Origin: Octopus sinensis
Lineage: Eukaryota
NCBI RefSeq assembly: GCF_006345805.1
Contig: NC_043004.1
Span: 44,764,001 to 44,828,000, forward strand
Length of the DNA: 64,000 bases
Reading direction: 5' to 3'
Positions 42,345 through 55,800 of this stretch are shown in pieces. The translations under genes were made by a program, and so were the position numbers. The notes below the pieces were generated by a model, which was given only the letters and a program-made list of their open reading frames with translations, was not told where the DNA came from and ran no database searches. The first letter of the stretch is position 1; the number at the start of each line of letters is the position of its first letter.

Positions 42345-43705
42345 TCTTTACTGTCAGACAATTGCAAGAAAAGTGCATTGAATAGTATCTTACTTTATAC
42401 CTATTTCTTTATTACCCACAAGGGGCTAAACACAGAGGGGACAAACTAGGACAGTCATAGGTATTAAGTCGATTACATCGACTCCAGTGCGTAACTGGTA
42501 CTTAATTTATCGACCCCGAAAGGATGAAAGGCAAAGTCGACCTCGGCGTAATTTGAACTCACAACATAACGACAGACGAAATACGGCTTCGCATTTCGCC
42601 CGGCGTGCTAACGTTTCTGCCAGCTCTTACCTTATACCATTGCCTTGTTGATTTGAGCAAAGCATTTGATACTGTTAACCGAAATGCTCTGTGGCTAATT
42701 CTTAGGAAAATAGGTTGCCGAGAATAAACATGATCAGAGCTTTGCATCAAGATATGAAAGCTAGAGTTAATTTTGGTGGTAGGGTCTCTGAATCTTTTGC
42801 CGTGGAAAATGTAGTAAAGCAAGGAGATCTTGATGCACACACATTCTTTGCAATATAATTTGCTGTTGTGCTGTCACGCGCTTTTGAGAACTCTGAGGAG
42901 GGTATTTAAATAAAATATCGAATAACAGGGAATGTTTTTAATCTGACCAGACTGAAATTCAAAACGAAGGTTTTTACTTCACTCATTAGGGAGCTTTTAT
43001 ATGCCGACGATTGTGATCTTGCCAGTCGTTCTGGAACGGGTCAGCAATCTCTTGTATCTGCATTTGATTCAGCTTGTAATGATTTTGGTTTTACCATCAA
43101 CTTGAAAAATAAAAACAGTTGTAAGGTATCAAACTGCTGTTTGTAAACTCACTAAAATTTTTGTTATGGGTAAGTTACTTGAGGTTGTTGATTCGTTCAT
43201 CTACCTTGGAAGCTCTGTACAAAATGATGGAAATCTGGATACAGAAATACATCTGCAAATTCAAAGAGCAGCACAAGCATTCGGTGGCTTGGAGTCATGC
43301 ATTTCGCGCCAGCGACATATAAATTACAATACAAAGTTGGCTCTTTACAAATCCTTTGTCTTACCATCCCTGTTGTATTCTTGTGAAACATGAACATGTT
43401 ATGAAAGACATTTTAAGTTGTTAGAACAATTCCAACAAAAATGCCTTCATCGCATTTTAAGCATTAAATGGAGTTCTTTTACTCCAAACACAGATGTTCT
43501 TTTATCTGCTGGCATCACCTCAATTAAAACTATGATTTTGAGAAGCCAAATGAGATGATGTGGCCATATTGTTCGAATAGTGGATGAACACATGCCCAAA
43601 CAACTGTTTTATAGTGAACTTGCAGAAGGGAAACACTATCGGTCTAAACCTAAAAAGACGTTTAAGGGCAGTATAAGGACTACTATGAAGTCACTTGGAA
43701 TGAAT
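42345..43705 (+). mobile_element. RTE-clade LINE RT region, decayed and interrupted by SINE A
   Basis: RQLQEKCIE; VDLSKAFDTVNR; ELLYADDCDL; VDSFIYLGS; YKSFVLPSLLYSCET; MPKQLFYSELAEGK. Confidence 0.92.
42402..42624 (-). mobile_element. SINE A with a 14-bp TSD (one mismatch)
   Basis: TCTTACTTTATACC (42388-42401) and TCTTACCTTATACC (42625-42638). Confidence 0.92.
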
Positions 43706-43947
43706 CTAGAGAACATAGAACCCCCATACCAGCGCTTCACAGCTCGTGTTGGTGTGATTACATCCTTGCAACACAGCGGTTCGGCAAAAGATAACCGATA
43801 GAAAAGTACTAGACTTTTAAAATGTCCTGGGTTCGATTTCTTTGACTAAAACCCTTTAGGGCGGTGCTGCAACATGGCCGCAGTCAAATGACTGAAAAAA
43901 GTAAAGGAATATATATATATATGTATGTGTGTATATATATATATATA

Positions 43948-44154
43948 CGAGGGGGTGTTGAAAAGTTCCCGGTTTTAAGAGAATCGCGAAAGGTTGGAAT
44001 CTCAACCTTCTGAGTTCTTTTATAGGGCTTAGAAATACTGACGATCCCTGGAGGGAATATGTCGAACTGAAGAACTGAGAGGGGAGTATGATGAATAAAA
44101 TTATCTTCCCATATTTTCTTTTAGCCAAAACCGGGAACTTTCAGCACCTTCTCG
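43948..44154. mobile_element. Mariner-derived MITE with TA target duplication
   Basis: TA|CGAGGGGGTGTTGAAAAGTTCCCGGTTTT ... AAAACCGGGAACTTTCAGCACCTTCTCG|TA. Confidence 0.88.
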
Positions 44155-44239
44155 TATATAATATAATATATATTAGTAAAAACAGTAAGATAACAAAAGA
44201 AAGAAAGAGACCTCAATATTATGTAAATAGAGGAAATTT

Positions 44240-44400
44240 ATCTGTAAAATAATATGTGACAATCATTCAATAGCCAAGATAAAACCTTTTTCAAATGGCC
44301 AGCTAACCGAAGAGATGGTGTTGTGGATTTCCACCTCGGCATCCGAAACTCAGTGTTTTATCTTGGCTATTGAATAATTGTCACATATTATTTTACAGAT
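44240..44400. repeat. 46-bp inverted repeat around a 69-nt GC-richer loop
   Basis: 44240-44285 vs 44355-44400, one mismatch. Confidence 0.9.
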
Positions 44401-44971
44401 ATATATATACACATTTGTACAGATTGAATGTGAAAGAATTCGAAACAATGAGAGAAGGAAAAGGGGAAAAGAGAAGAGAAAAAGTGAAACAGAACGCGTT
44501 TATGGAGGCCAATAAAGATTTTTCTACATAAGGATTCTAGCCAGATTGCCAATTTACAATTACCTCCTGGTAATTGTAAATTGGCATGGACTTTCTACAG
44601 ATAGCATCGTGTGTATGTGCGTGTTTAGATAAATGAGGGAGGGGTAAAATTGAGACGACACTGATAGACATATATCCTGCTTCATATACACATGTGTGTA
44701 TACTTATATACATGTACCGGAACATCTATGAATATATAGAAGAAATGAAGTTGAAAATACACCGAGAATATATTAGAATTAATTTATTAATTAATTTGAT
44801 TATATCCTAAAATATAAGAATACACTTGACCGGTTTCCCACTAGGATTTAAATGAACTATCTAGTGTGCTATTTTAATGCTCTATCAATGTATACAGAGA
44901 AATGTTTTGCCCTAGGTTTCGAGAAGGCACTCATTAAGAAATGGAAACAAACTTGAAGGAAGAAGAAAAAC

Positions 44972-45006
<35 letters not shown>

Positions 45007-45007
45007 G

Positions 45008-45170
45008 AAAACTTTAAGAGAAATACAAAGCAAATTGGAATAGTGTCCAGTAGAACGGTTACAAAAGGTTTACGTCCTTAGCGCGGTCAGAATAATCAGG
45101 AAAGTATTAGATACCTGAAGACAGCGAATATCACGGTACTGTAGGCTGTAGGTAGTAAGCCCGCTATGCA
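45008..45170 (+). mobile_element. R4/Dong-like RLE LINE 3' end next to (AAT)n
   Basis: CPVERLQKVYVLSAVRIIRKVLDT* matches the LQKxxLLGTARILRKVL terminal motif. Confidence 0.7.
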
Positions 45171-45210
45171 TGTAAGACTCCAGGAGCTCCAACTAAACCC
45201 GTGATAAAAA

Positions 45211-46328
45211 GAGGAAGAAGAAGAAGATAGAAGAAGAAGAAGAAGAAGAAGAAGAAGAAGAAAAGAAGAAGGAGGGGAGGAGGAGGAGGAGAAGGAGGGG
45301 AAGAAGAAGGAGAAGAAGGAGGAGAAGAAGGAGAAGAAGAAGAAGAAGGAGGAGGAGGAGAAGAAGGAGAAGAAGGAGGAGAAGAAGGAGAAGAAAAAGG
45401 AGAAAAAGGAGAAGAAGGAGGAGGAGAAGAAGAAGGAGGAGGAGAAGAAGGAGAAGTAGGAGGAGAAGAAGGAAGAGGAGAAGGAGGAGGAGAAGAAAAA
45501 GGAGAAGAAGAAAGAAAGAAGAAGAAGAAGGAGATGGAGGAGGAGAAGGAGAAGAAGAAGAAGAAAAGAAGATGGAGGGGAGGAGGAGGAGAAGGAGGGG
45601 AAGAAGAAGGAGAAGAAGGAGGAGAAGAAGGAGAAGAAGGAGAAGGAGGAGGAAAGAGGAAAGGAGAAGAAGAGAGGAGAGAAGGAAGGGGAAGAAAAAA
45701 AAAAGAAAGAGAGGAGGGAAGAAGGAGGAGAAGAAAAAGGAGAAGAAGGAGGAGGAGAAGAAGGAGAAGTAGGAGGAGAAGAAGGAGGAGAAGAAAAAGG
45801 AGAAGAAGAAGAAGAAGAAGGAGATGGAGGAGGAGAAGGGAGAAGGCGAAGAAGAAGAAAAAGAAGAAGAAGAAGAAAGAAGAAGAAGAGGAGAAAAGAA
45901 GAAGAAGAAGAAGAAGTAGAAGAAGGAGGTCAAACAGATTTGAAAGACAATAGGACCAGAGGACGTCCACTAAAGGAGAGAAAAGAGATGGAGGGGAGGA
46001 AGGAGAGACGGAGGAGGAGGAGGAGGAGGAGAAGGAAGGAGAAGAAGGAGGGGAAGAAGAAGGAGAAGAGGAGAAGAAGGAGGAGGAGGAGGAGGAAAAG
46101 TGAGAAGAGGAGAAGAAGGAGGAGAAGAAGAAGAAGAAAAAAGGAGAAGGAGGAAGTGAAGCGAGGAGGCGAAAGGAGAGGAGAAGAAGAAGGAGGAGGA
46201 GAAGAAGGAGAAGTAGGAGGAGAAGAAGGAGGAGGAGAAGAAAAAGGAGAAGAAGGAGGAGAAGAAGGAGGAGGAGAAGAAAAAGGAGAAGAAGAAGAAG
46301 AAGAAGAAGAAGAAGAAGAAGAAGGAGG

Positions 46329-46359
<31 letters not shown>

Positions 46360-46368
46360 GAAGAAGAA
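45211..46368. repeat. About 1.15-kb (GAA/GGA)n polypurine tract with internal higher-order duplications
   Basis: Direct reading; source of the 404-aa and other low-complexity ORFs. Confidence 0.95.
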
Positions 46369-46849
46369 TGTCAAACAAGATTTGAAAGCAATAGGAACCA
46401 GAACGACGTCCACTAAATTGAAACCATCTTAAACGGTGCTACTGGCAAGTTGAAGTGTCCACACGACATCGTAAAGCGATATTAGGATCTTGAAGTAAAT
46501 GTGATTTGTGTCAGAAACAACAACAAAATGAAAAGTAACTAATCACAGAAATTACACAGCGATGAACGATCGTAATGGAGTCACCGGTTTTAAATATGTA
46601 ATTAACTGGTAATTAATGTTAAACAATTGTTATATAATTACGACATCCTCGCAATATAACAATTTGTAATGAAATGCAGAAGTAAAACAATGCCAATATG
46701 AAATCTCTTTGCATAAAGATCTGAATACAAGGAGTGAAGGGAATTTGAGGAGATTTTTGTAAATTTAATAAAGCAATTCTAACCTACCAAAAACTAAAGG
46801 CATATTAATAATAAATATCTGTCCATAAATATTCTTCATAAGCTTTCCT

Positions 46850-47900
46850 AATTATCCTACTAATGCACCTTCTGCATTGATGTCTGCTTCAATGCAGGTC
46901 TGGTATCGTTGACATACCTGCACTAAATGATCTTTATACATTTTTGATTTCATCTCAACATTGGCGGCCTTCAGTGAAGCTTCAGTCAAGTAGTTTGAGG
47001 ATTTCGATTAGTCCCGCTATCAACAACACTCCAAACTTAATAGTCTATTGGATTTAAATCTGTCGAGTTTATAACCCACAAGGCTGGTTGGTGTTATGTG
47101 ATCGCAAGGATTATCTGACATCCATTTTTTTAATAACATGGGCGCTATGAGAATGTGCTGAGTTTGCTGAAACACATATGGCTTTCCACTGTATACTTCA
47201 TCCGTTCATCTACGATTTAATACCAGTCTACAGCACCTCAACCTATCCAGCAGCATTAATTCTAAGACCCTGTGGAAAGATTTGAGCTGGCATGATATGA
47301 CCGTCATTACTCACAACCCCTAAACTCATCACAGTAACTGGAATCTTAGTGACCATCACTCTGGGAACAGCAGAAGGATCTGCTCATAATCATCTGTCAT
47401 TTCTCCAGTTAACCTTTTGGTCTTATAAAGTTGTTTTTTTTTTTTTCGATCGGAGTAGAATCAAAGCTTGCTATGTTTGTGAGGGTATTTAACCTTGTTA
47501 AATAACCTTGCTTGGTACGAATGAAAGGGTTTTCCCGGTTTTCCCCGGTTTTCCTGTCTTTCCATATATGAATTAGCTTCTTTTCAGTACATACGTCTTA
47601 AATGGAACTTCCTCGCACTAAACTGCTTTGATATCCCCATCTGACACCTCATTGGTTTCCCGGGATCATGATCAATAACGTTTTTGAGCCCGTTGAATGG
47701 GTTGCGGTATCCCTATGCAGCCTCGACTTTGAATATGCTTATCTTTTTCTCCACTATATTTGAACCCACTAAACTTCTAATTCTATCCGCACTTTGCACA
47801 CAAAAAGTTATTTCAACATTTAGAAAGTTTGCAATTTCTAAATCTCTGTTCACCGCAAACAGAGCAACAAAGACTACATGTTTTTAATTTCTTGTGTTAG
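46850..47900 (-). mobile_element. Decayed Tc1/mariner transposase, most like maT (DD37D)-type
   Basis: MLTQEIKKHVVFVAL..DLEIANFLNV; DQKVNWRNDR; TKIPVTVMSLGVVSNDGHIMP; KPYVFQQ; DLNPIDY*VWS. Confidence 0.8.
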
Positions 47901-47931
47901 CATTTTATCTGCCAAGGATCACCTGCAAGAA

Positions 47932-47962
<31 letters not shown>

Positions 47963-50884
47963 ATATATATATTAATAAATGAAATAAAACATATGCATAT
48001 ATATAAACATATATGTACGTACCTACCTCTACATGTACATATACACGCATATATGAGTACAGGACACCAAAGGGACGTCGAACACAAAGAGAAACGAAAA
48101 CATAGACACAAACCAAAGGAACAGGACGTTTTTTTAAAAACAACAAAAAATGGAGTACAGGACAATTAACACAACGAAAAAACCCCTTCTTCAGTCGCTA
48201 AGGTTTCATCTACTCTACGTTTCGAAGGATAAAAGCGAGACGTATCTTATATATATAAAAAATTAATAGACTTGAAAAGTATCATCTAGTTGTAATTAAG
48301 TGTCCTTGAATATCCCCCGCACACAGTAAAAGGCTCACTATTTCAAAAGTTCTATCTTGAAACGTATCAATACAGGCTTGAACTGCAAGAAGACAAATTC
48401 AAATATCGTCTGCATCAAACAGCTCAACGTATGCATTTTTGTCCTTTTCAAAACAAATACAAATCAACTTTTCTTTATGTAGGGAGCAAAATACGAACAC
48501 AACTAGGAACAATAGTGTCTCATAGAAACTCAAAAACACAGAGCAATATGTTTCGTTCAGTTCTTTTTCTTATTTGTTATTTTGTATATAATTAAATAAG
48601 ATATTGTTGTAATAGATAATAGTCAGAAATGTAGTCATATAAAAACATAAACACCTAAAAAAAAATACAGACACAAACTGCTAAAACCACAGACACAATC
48701 GCAGACGAAGTAAAATGCTACGCAATACATACCAAGTATGAAATGATTGTCAGAAATCTCAAAGCAACTAATTTTTCTTTTTCTAATATTTCTGATGATT
48801 GTAATCAGTAAAATTGAATGAAAAATGTCGACATTGTATTAATAGAACGTTACATACATGCACATACATACATACATACATACATACACACATACATACA
48901 TACATACACACATACATACATACATACACACATACATACACACACACACACACACATACATACACACATACATACATACACACATACATACACACATACA
49001 CACACATACATACATACACACATACATACATACACACATACACACACATACACACATACATACATACATACATACATACATACATACAAGCATACATGCA
49101 TACACACACATATACAAACATATATATATATATAAATAAATATATATACATATATATTTAGACACATAGATACACACGCGCACATACACACGCACACGCA
49201 CACACACACACACATTCTTCACTGTTTGTAGTTACACAGACATATGCAAACAGACAATTCATAATATATACAGATAAGAAATATAACTGTTAGGCTATAT
49301 CCTCCATCTTTTTTTTGTTAAAGTCTATAATGGTGCACACTTATATCAGTGTATGTGTACGTGCCTGCATATTTATGTGTGTGTATATATGTTTTAATGC
49401 ATAAATATATACACATATATGCCTATACATTCATACATGTATATACTTATATATGTATATATATATATACATATATATATATCTGTGTGTATATATATAA
49501 ATATATATATGTATGTATGCAATGCATATTTATGAATATGTATATATATATTATATATATATATATATATATTATATATAATATATATGTGTGTGTGTAT
49601 ATGTATGTATGTATATATATATATATATACATACGCGTGTATCTGTGTATGTTGCGTGCATGTCTTTGTGTGCGCGTGATTTTGTGTGAATGTATGCGTG
49701 TATAAATATATACAAACATGTAAATGTGTATAAGCACACACAAATATGTGTATGTATTTATCCCAATTTCTATAACATTAACTAATACTAGCATGTATGT
49801 ATATTTGTGTATGTATGCATGTATGTATGTATGTATGTGTGTGTATGTATGTATGTATGTATGTATGTATGCATGCATGCATGTATGTATGTATGTATGT
49901 ATGTATGTATGTATGTTGTATGTATGTAGGTACGTGTATAGACATGTGAACTTATGCGTATGGATGTATAGTCTACGTGCAAATGTAATGTGCGCCCAAA
50001 ACCATATCTGAATATGTGTGTCTATACATATATGTAAACATTTATAAATATATCCATTAATAAATGAATGTATGTGTATATATGTTATATATATATGTGT
50101 GTGTGTGCGTCTGTGTGAGTGTAAACATGAGTATACTTACGTATCTCTGTGTAGTTATACGTATATTGATCCATTTCAGTATATTTCTGTATTTATCTTT
50201 GTATCTTACAATACCAATTTTCCATTTCAAATTGTATCTTATTTTATATCCGACTATAGGTCGGAGTTTAAGTATACTTCAATATATCGGTTGTCTGACA
50301 TACCTTTGAATCTTTCACTCTTATTAAAAGCTTTCCAATGGAGAGTTGTAGGTGGTGAAGCCATTTTCAAAATCATATTTTTCGTATTTTTTCTTTATTT
50401 TATATATATAATTTTTTTTCTCCAGATTACTTGGAATTAAAGATCTTTCTCTGAAATATTCTATGAAAATCTTCCTGCAAGTTATAGTTTCAATTGTATA
50501 AAAGTAATCTATGTAAAAATTCTTCGGTTTTGATATCTCAGAGTTAGTAAATGCGTGTGTGTATGTGTTTGTTTGTTGTAGGCTAGTCTGTCTATAAATA
50601 TTCGTATATATATACATATATATATGTGTGTTTGTATACATATTTACGTATGTTTGTATGTATATATATATATGTAAATATATATAATATATGTATGCAT
50701 ATATATATATATATAATATATATATATATTATATAATATAAATAATTGAATAAATAATATAATGTATAGAATAAATATTATTTATCCTATATATATACAT
50801 ATATATATATTATATAGGTTGTGATAGAGGGAGAGTTTGATTTTCTCTTCTATCTCTGCCTCTCTATGTATACAATCATCCCTA

Positions 50885-50945
<61 letters not shown>

Positions 50946-51970
50946 TATGTATACAAATATATGTGTATATATACATACGTACGCATATTGTGTGTATGTT
51001 TGTATGTATGCATGCATACATGTATGTGGACACGTATACAGAGGAAGATGCAAGAGAGATCGAACGATATGCAAAGTATTGGAAAACTGGATACATAATA
51101 GATTGGTAAATATACTCTCACACACAAGCACATATACACATACTCACATACACACAAAAGCACACACAAAAGAACACACGCATACACACAATTGAATGTG
51201 TGCACCAGCTTTATGTATGTATCTGTATTGGAATGTCTTTTTTTCCCCCCCGTTTGAAAATGTGCCTATGTTTGCATCTATCATTATTTATATGTGTGAG
51301 GGCGTGCGCTTTGATTTCAAAACACCTGAGTATTGTGTATGTGCGTGTATGGTTGGTTATATGTATGTATGTATGTAACTGCATGTAATTGGAATGTTTA
51401 TATATGAATACGTTTACAGTTGGATACAACTGTCTGTCTGCGCATATCAGCTATTTTCAATACACGAGAGTGTTCGTATGTTCATATGAGTAACAGAGAG
51501 AGATTTATAAATGTGTCTACGACATTTCACTCTGCTTCTTTCTGAAATATCTTTTGTCAGATTGTCTGAATATGCCTGCATCTGTTTTATTCAAACATTA
51601 GATACATTTTTTTCCTGTGATACAATTTCTTCGTTTTTCCTTAGTCTTCAATTTTTTTTCATTCATACAATTCTCTTCATTTCTGTCTCTCCCTTTCCTT
51701 TAGCTTTTTCTTGGATTTTTTTTATATCCTTTTCTTTCCTTTCAGTAATTTTTCTTCTAAGGAAAGAAAAAAAAGCAACTTACATAGCAAAATCAAATGG
51801 ATTACGCAAAATTGTAAAGAATATTTAAATAAAGTTAACTTAAGAAACGTATAACATAATTTTGTTAGCTCTGCGACGACATGTAATATAAATGAAACCC
51901 AATGTGGAATAATTCAAAAAACAGTAAATGGAAGGGATGTCTATGTGTGTGTATATATATATATTATATA

Positions 51971-52013
<43 letters not shown>

Positions 52014-52104
52014 CATATATATATATACATATACATATATATACATATATATCATATATAATATATATTATATATATATAGATATATAATATATATATAG
52101 ACAA

Positions 52105-52139
<35 letters not shown>

Positions 52140-52421
52140 TAGATTTAGATGCGTGTGTGTGTGTGTGTGCACATAGATACGTAACATCCTCGTGATTGTG
52201 AGTGTTGGACTTATTGTACTATCCTCGTGTGCATGTTTACTGGTTGCATACCCAAGACTCTTTGCAAGACTCCAAGACTCCAAGTTATGAATATCACGAT
52301 TATCACGTATCTCTGAGTTTCCTGAAACAACTGTTAAGAAATAATATATATATCGTTCTTAATATTCAATATATTTGTGCTCTATGTATATATATATATG
52401 TGTGTGTGTGTGTATTATATT

Positions 52422-52494
<73 letters not shown>

Positions 52495-52523
52495 ATGTAT
52501 ATATGTGTATAATATTATATATT

Positions 52524-52569
<46 letters not shown>

Positions 52570-52572
<3 letters not shown>

Positions 52573-53165
52573 ACCATTTACGGAGATCGTCCACACTTTT
52601 GAATAGGCACCTATAACAAATTAAAGAGGGATTTACAACCAAAAGCCCTACCATACATCTCCACACACAATCCTCTTAACAATGAAGCCTTCCGCACCAT
52701 CCTCCAGAATGAATTTAATCCTCCAAGCGCACACAATCATAAAGAGCAAAAGACAGCCCAAATCTATGAAAAATCTCCTAACACAAGCCCATGTACGCTC
52801 GAAAACAACACTGAAGCCATAAGAAAAAAAATTTAGACGACCTAACTGCAGTATATGCGTCAACCTATTTGAGGGATCAGAATTCTCTTTCAAACAGGGT
52901 CAACGTTTTACAGTGAAAAGCAATTTCACATGTGCTTCGGAGAACCTGATATATGTATTAACTTGTTCTGGGTGTCGAGAGCAATACATAGGCCTAACTA
53001 AAAACAGTCTACGTAAAAGGATGGCTCTACATAGATCCCAGATCAAAATTCGGAAATACAGAAAAATAGCATTCAACGAACATATCCACATTTGCGCCAA
53101 TAACAAACAACCCAGCTTCAGAATGCTTCCCCTCTATCAATTCAGGGACGATGCAACCTATAGTC
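52570..53165 (+). mobile_element. Penelope-like element fragment: GIY-YIG endonuclease
   Basis: KSKRQPKSMKNLLT; NFTCASENLIYVLTCSGCREQYIGLTKNSLRKRMALHRSQI. Same lineage as 27640-29147. Confidence 0.9.
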
Positions 53166-53368
53166 AGCGCATATATTATATATGTGTCTAATTGTATGAC
53201 AGTGTGAGAGAAGTAAGTATATGTGATATACAAACGCGCACACATAAACGGAAACTTGCAGAAGTATATCAAAAAATATCATTGCCCTGTATATTAAGCA
53301 ATACAACCAAATACACACACACCTATATATATATATATAGACATGCATACATATGTGCATATATATAT

Positions 53369-53415
<47 letters not shown>

Positions 53416-53450
53416 CAGACAGACAGAGACAGACAGACAGACAGACAGGC

Positions 53451-53543
<93 letters not shown>

Positions 53544-54419
53544 GATGATAGATATGTGCAAATGTATAGACATTATTCATACGGACATAAACATCTACAC
53601 ACATTTTAATAATACGAAAAGACAATATGAATATAGAAAGACAATTGTGACAATTACTAGATAATTGGAAACGCTACAAGCAACATACAAGAATTTAATA
53701 AAAATAATTTCTAATATAAATACACTTGGGTCCGTCTTATTTTTTATTAATTTTTTCCGTACACATCTGAGATCTTAGTAGGGCATGAACGCCTAAGGAA
53801 GATTGAACTGTGAGTGCTCGATGGCTGTGTTTGATTCGCTTCATGATCTAGCCACCTTCGATTACTCGTCACCGAAATTCTGGCTGTTGTTATATAGTCG
53901 CTGGCGGAGCTTTGTGGTAAGAAATTTGCTTCCCTACCACATGGTATCGGGTTCGTTCCCACTGCGTGGCACCTTGGCCAAGTGACATTTACCACAAATT
54001 GCGGCCGACCAAGGACTTGTGAATATATTTGGTAGACGTGAACTAATTTCATCAATATCATGTTAGATAAATTAAAAGAATTATGAATATACCAAAACAG
54101 AGTTTAATATATTAACCAATTAATGAACTAGACACCTCATGTCTAGTTCATTAACTGATGCGTACAGAAATGAAAGAATAAGTTAGGAATGAATACTGCA
54201 GAACCATTAGATTTACGCGTAAAACACTTATAAATGAGAAAATATAATAGCTGTTAATTAGCGCTTTGTAATGAATCATAGTAATATTATTTTCGAGTTA
54301 GCAGTAAATGAATTAACGATATTTGGAAGGAAAAGAGATAAAATAAGTATTAACTTTTGAATATACCAGATAAAATCTGGCACGGGAATAAATTTACCAC
54401 GTTCATAGATAAGTAATAG

Positions 54420-54742
54420 CTAAGGCACGTGGCTTAGTAGTTAGGGTAATTGACTTACGATCGTAAATTTGTGTGTTCAATTCCGGACGTCGCGTTGTCT
54501 CCTTGAGCAAGACACTTTATTTTACATTGCTCCAGTTCACTCAGCTGGTAAAAATGAGTAGTGCATGTATTTCAAAGGATCAGCCTTATCAAACTCTGTG
54601 TCACGCTGAATCTCTCTGAGAACTACGTTAAGTGTACACGTGTCTGTGGAGTGCTGAACCACATGCGCGTTAATTTCATGAGCAGGCAGTTCTGTTGATC
54701 GGATCAACTAGAACCCTCGTCGTCGTAACTGACGGAGTGCTA
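54420..54742 (+). mobile_element. SINE with family C head and tail Y
   Basis: TTGAGCAAGACACTTTATTT body, then TGTATTTCAAAGG...GTCGTCGTAACTGACGGAGTGC. Confidence 0.82.
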
Positions 54743-55056
54743 GTAAAAAAAAAAAATAAGAAACTAGAAAGAATTATATTGCCACAAACACTACAGGAAA
54801 TACCTCGTAATGAATAATGGAAATTTAATACAAATACACAAAAAAACAAACGAAACAATAATTTCACAGTCCAACGAGGTTTTTAGATACGTGTATGTCT
54901 GTCTGTCTGTCTGTCTAAGAAGATCACTTTGCAAACACGTGGTTTCAGGTTCAATAACCACTGCGCAGTACCGATCAATGCTCGCGAATAAATTTGGTAG
55001 ACAAAACTGTGTGAAAGCACAGATGATGATGATGATATGTGTGTGCGTGCGTGTGT

Positions 55057-55100
<44 letters not shown>

Positions 55101-55217
55101 CGTCAGTCAGTCTGTGATTATGTTTGCCACACATTGCTGGTACTTAGCACCCGGTTGTTGGTTTGTTTAAGTCACCATAACGTAGCGTTCAGGCAGGAGA
55201 GACGGCTTTACTAAGTA

Positions 55218-55446
55218 CCTATTTTTTTACTACCCACAAGGGGCTAAACACAGAGAAAACAAAGAAGGACAAACGGATTAAGTCGATTATATCGACCCCA
55301 GCGCGTAACTGGTACTTATTTAATCGACCCCGAAAGGTTGAAAGGCAAAGTCAACCTCGGCGGAATTTGAACTCAGAACGTAACGGCAGACGAAATACGG
55401 TTACGCATTTCGCCCGGCGTGCTAACGTTTCTGCCAGCTCGCCGCC
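55218..55446 (-). mobile_element. SINE family A
   Basis: Near-identical to 56974-57201. Confidence 0.9.
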
Positions 55447-55800
55447 GGCTTGACTAAGTCCCGGTATCGGTGTCTTCAGCTGAACACTTTAAAGCACTAC
55501 TCCAGCATGGGCAAATGTCAATTCACAACACAGACAGCAAAGTTGTAGCAATTCCATGAGATATTGTCGTCAAGGACGACAATATCTAAAGTTTACTTTT
55601 CCGAGATTGACTTTTCCTCCGATCAATTCAGTATTCCAATGTTTTATACTTTCATTAAGCATTTTCTCCATGTTTTTTGCTATTCCATGCATGCTCACTG
55701 TTTTCCTTATCCAACTGTATGGTACCATGTCATACATTTTTTGTGTAATCTAGCCACGCTATATTCAGTCCTGTCAATCTGCCTGTAACAGTTTCTAATT

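Noticed and set aside
48180-48235. Possible type-II hammerhead on the minus strand (GAAACGTA ... CTGAAGA)
   Set aside because: Stem I cannot pair, and stem II would be 4 bp with two G-U pairs.
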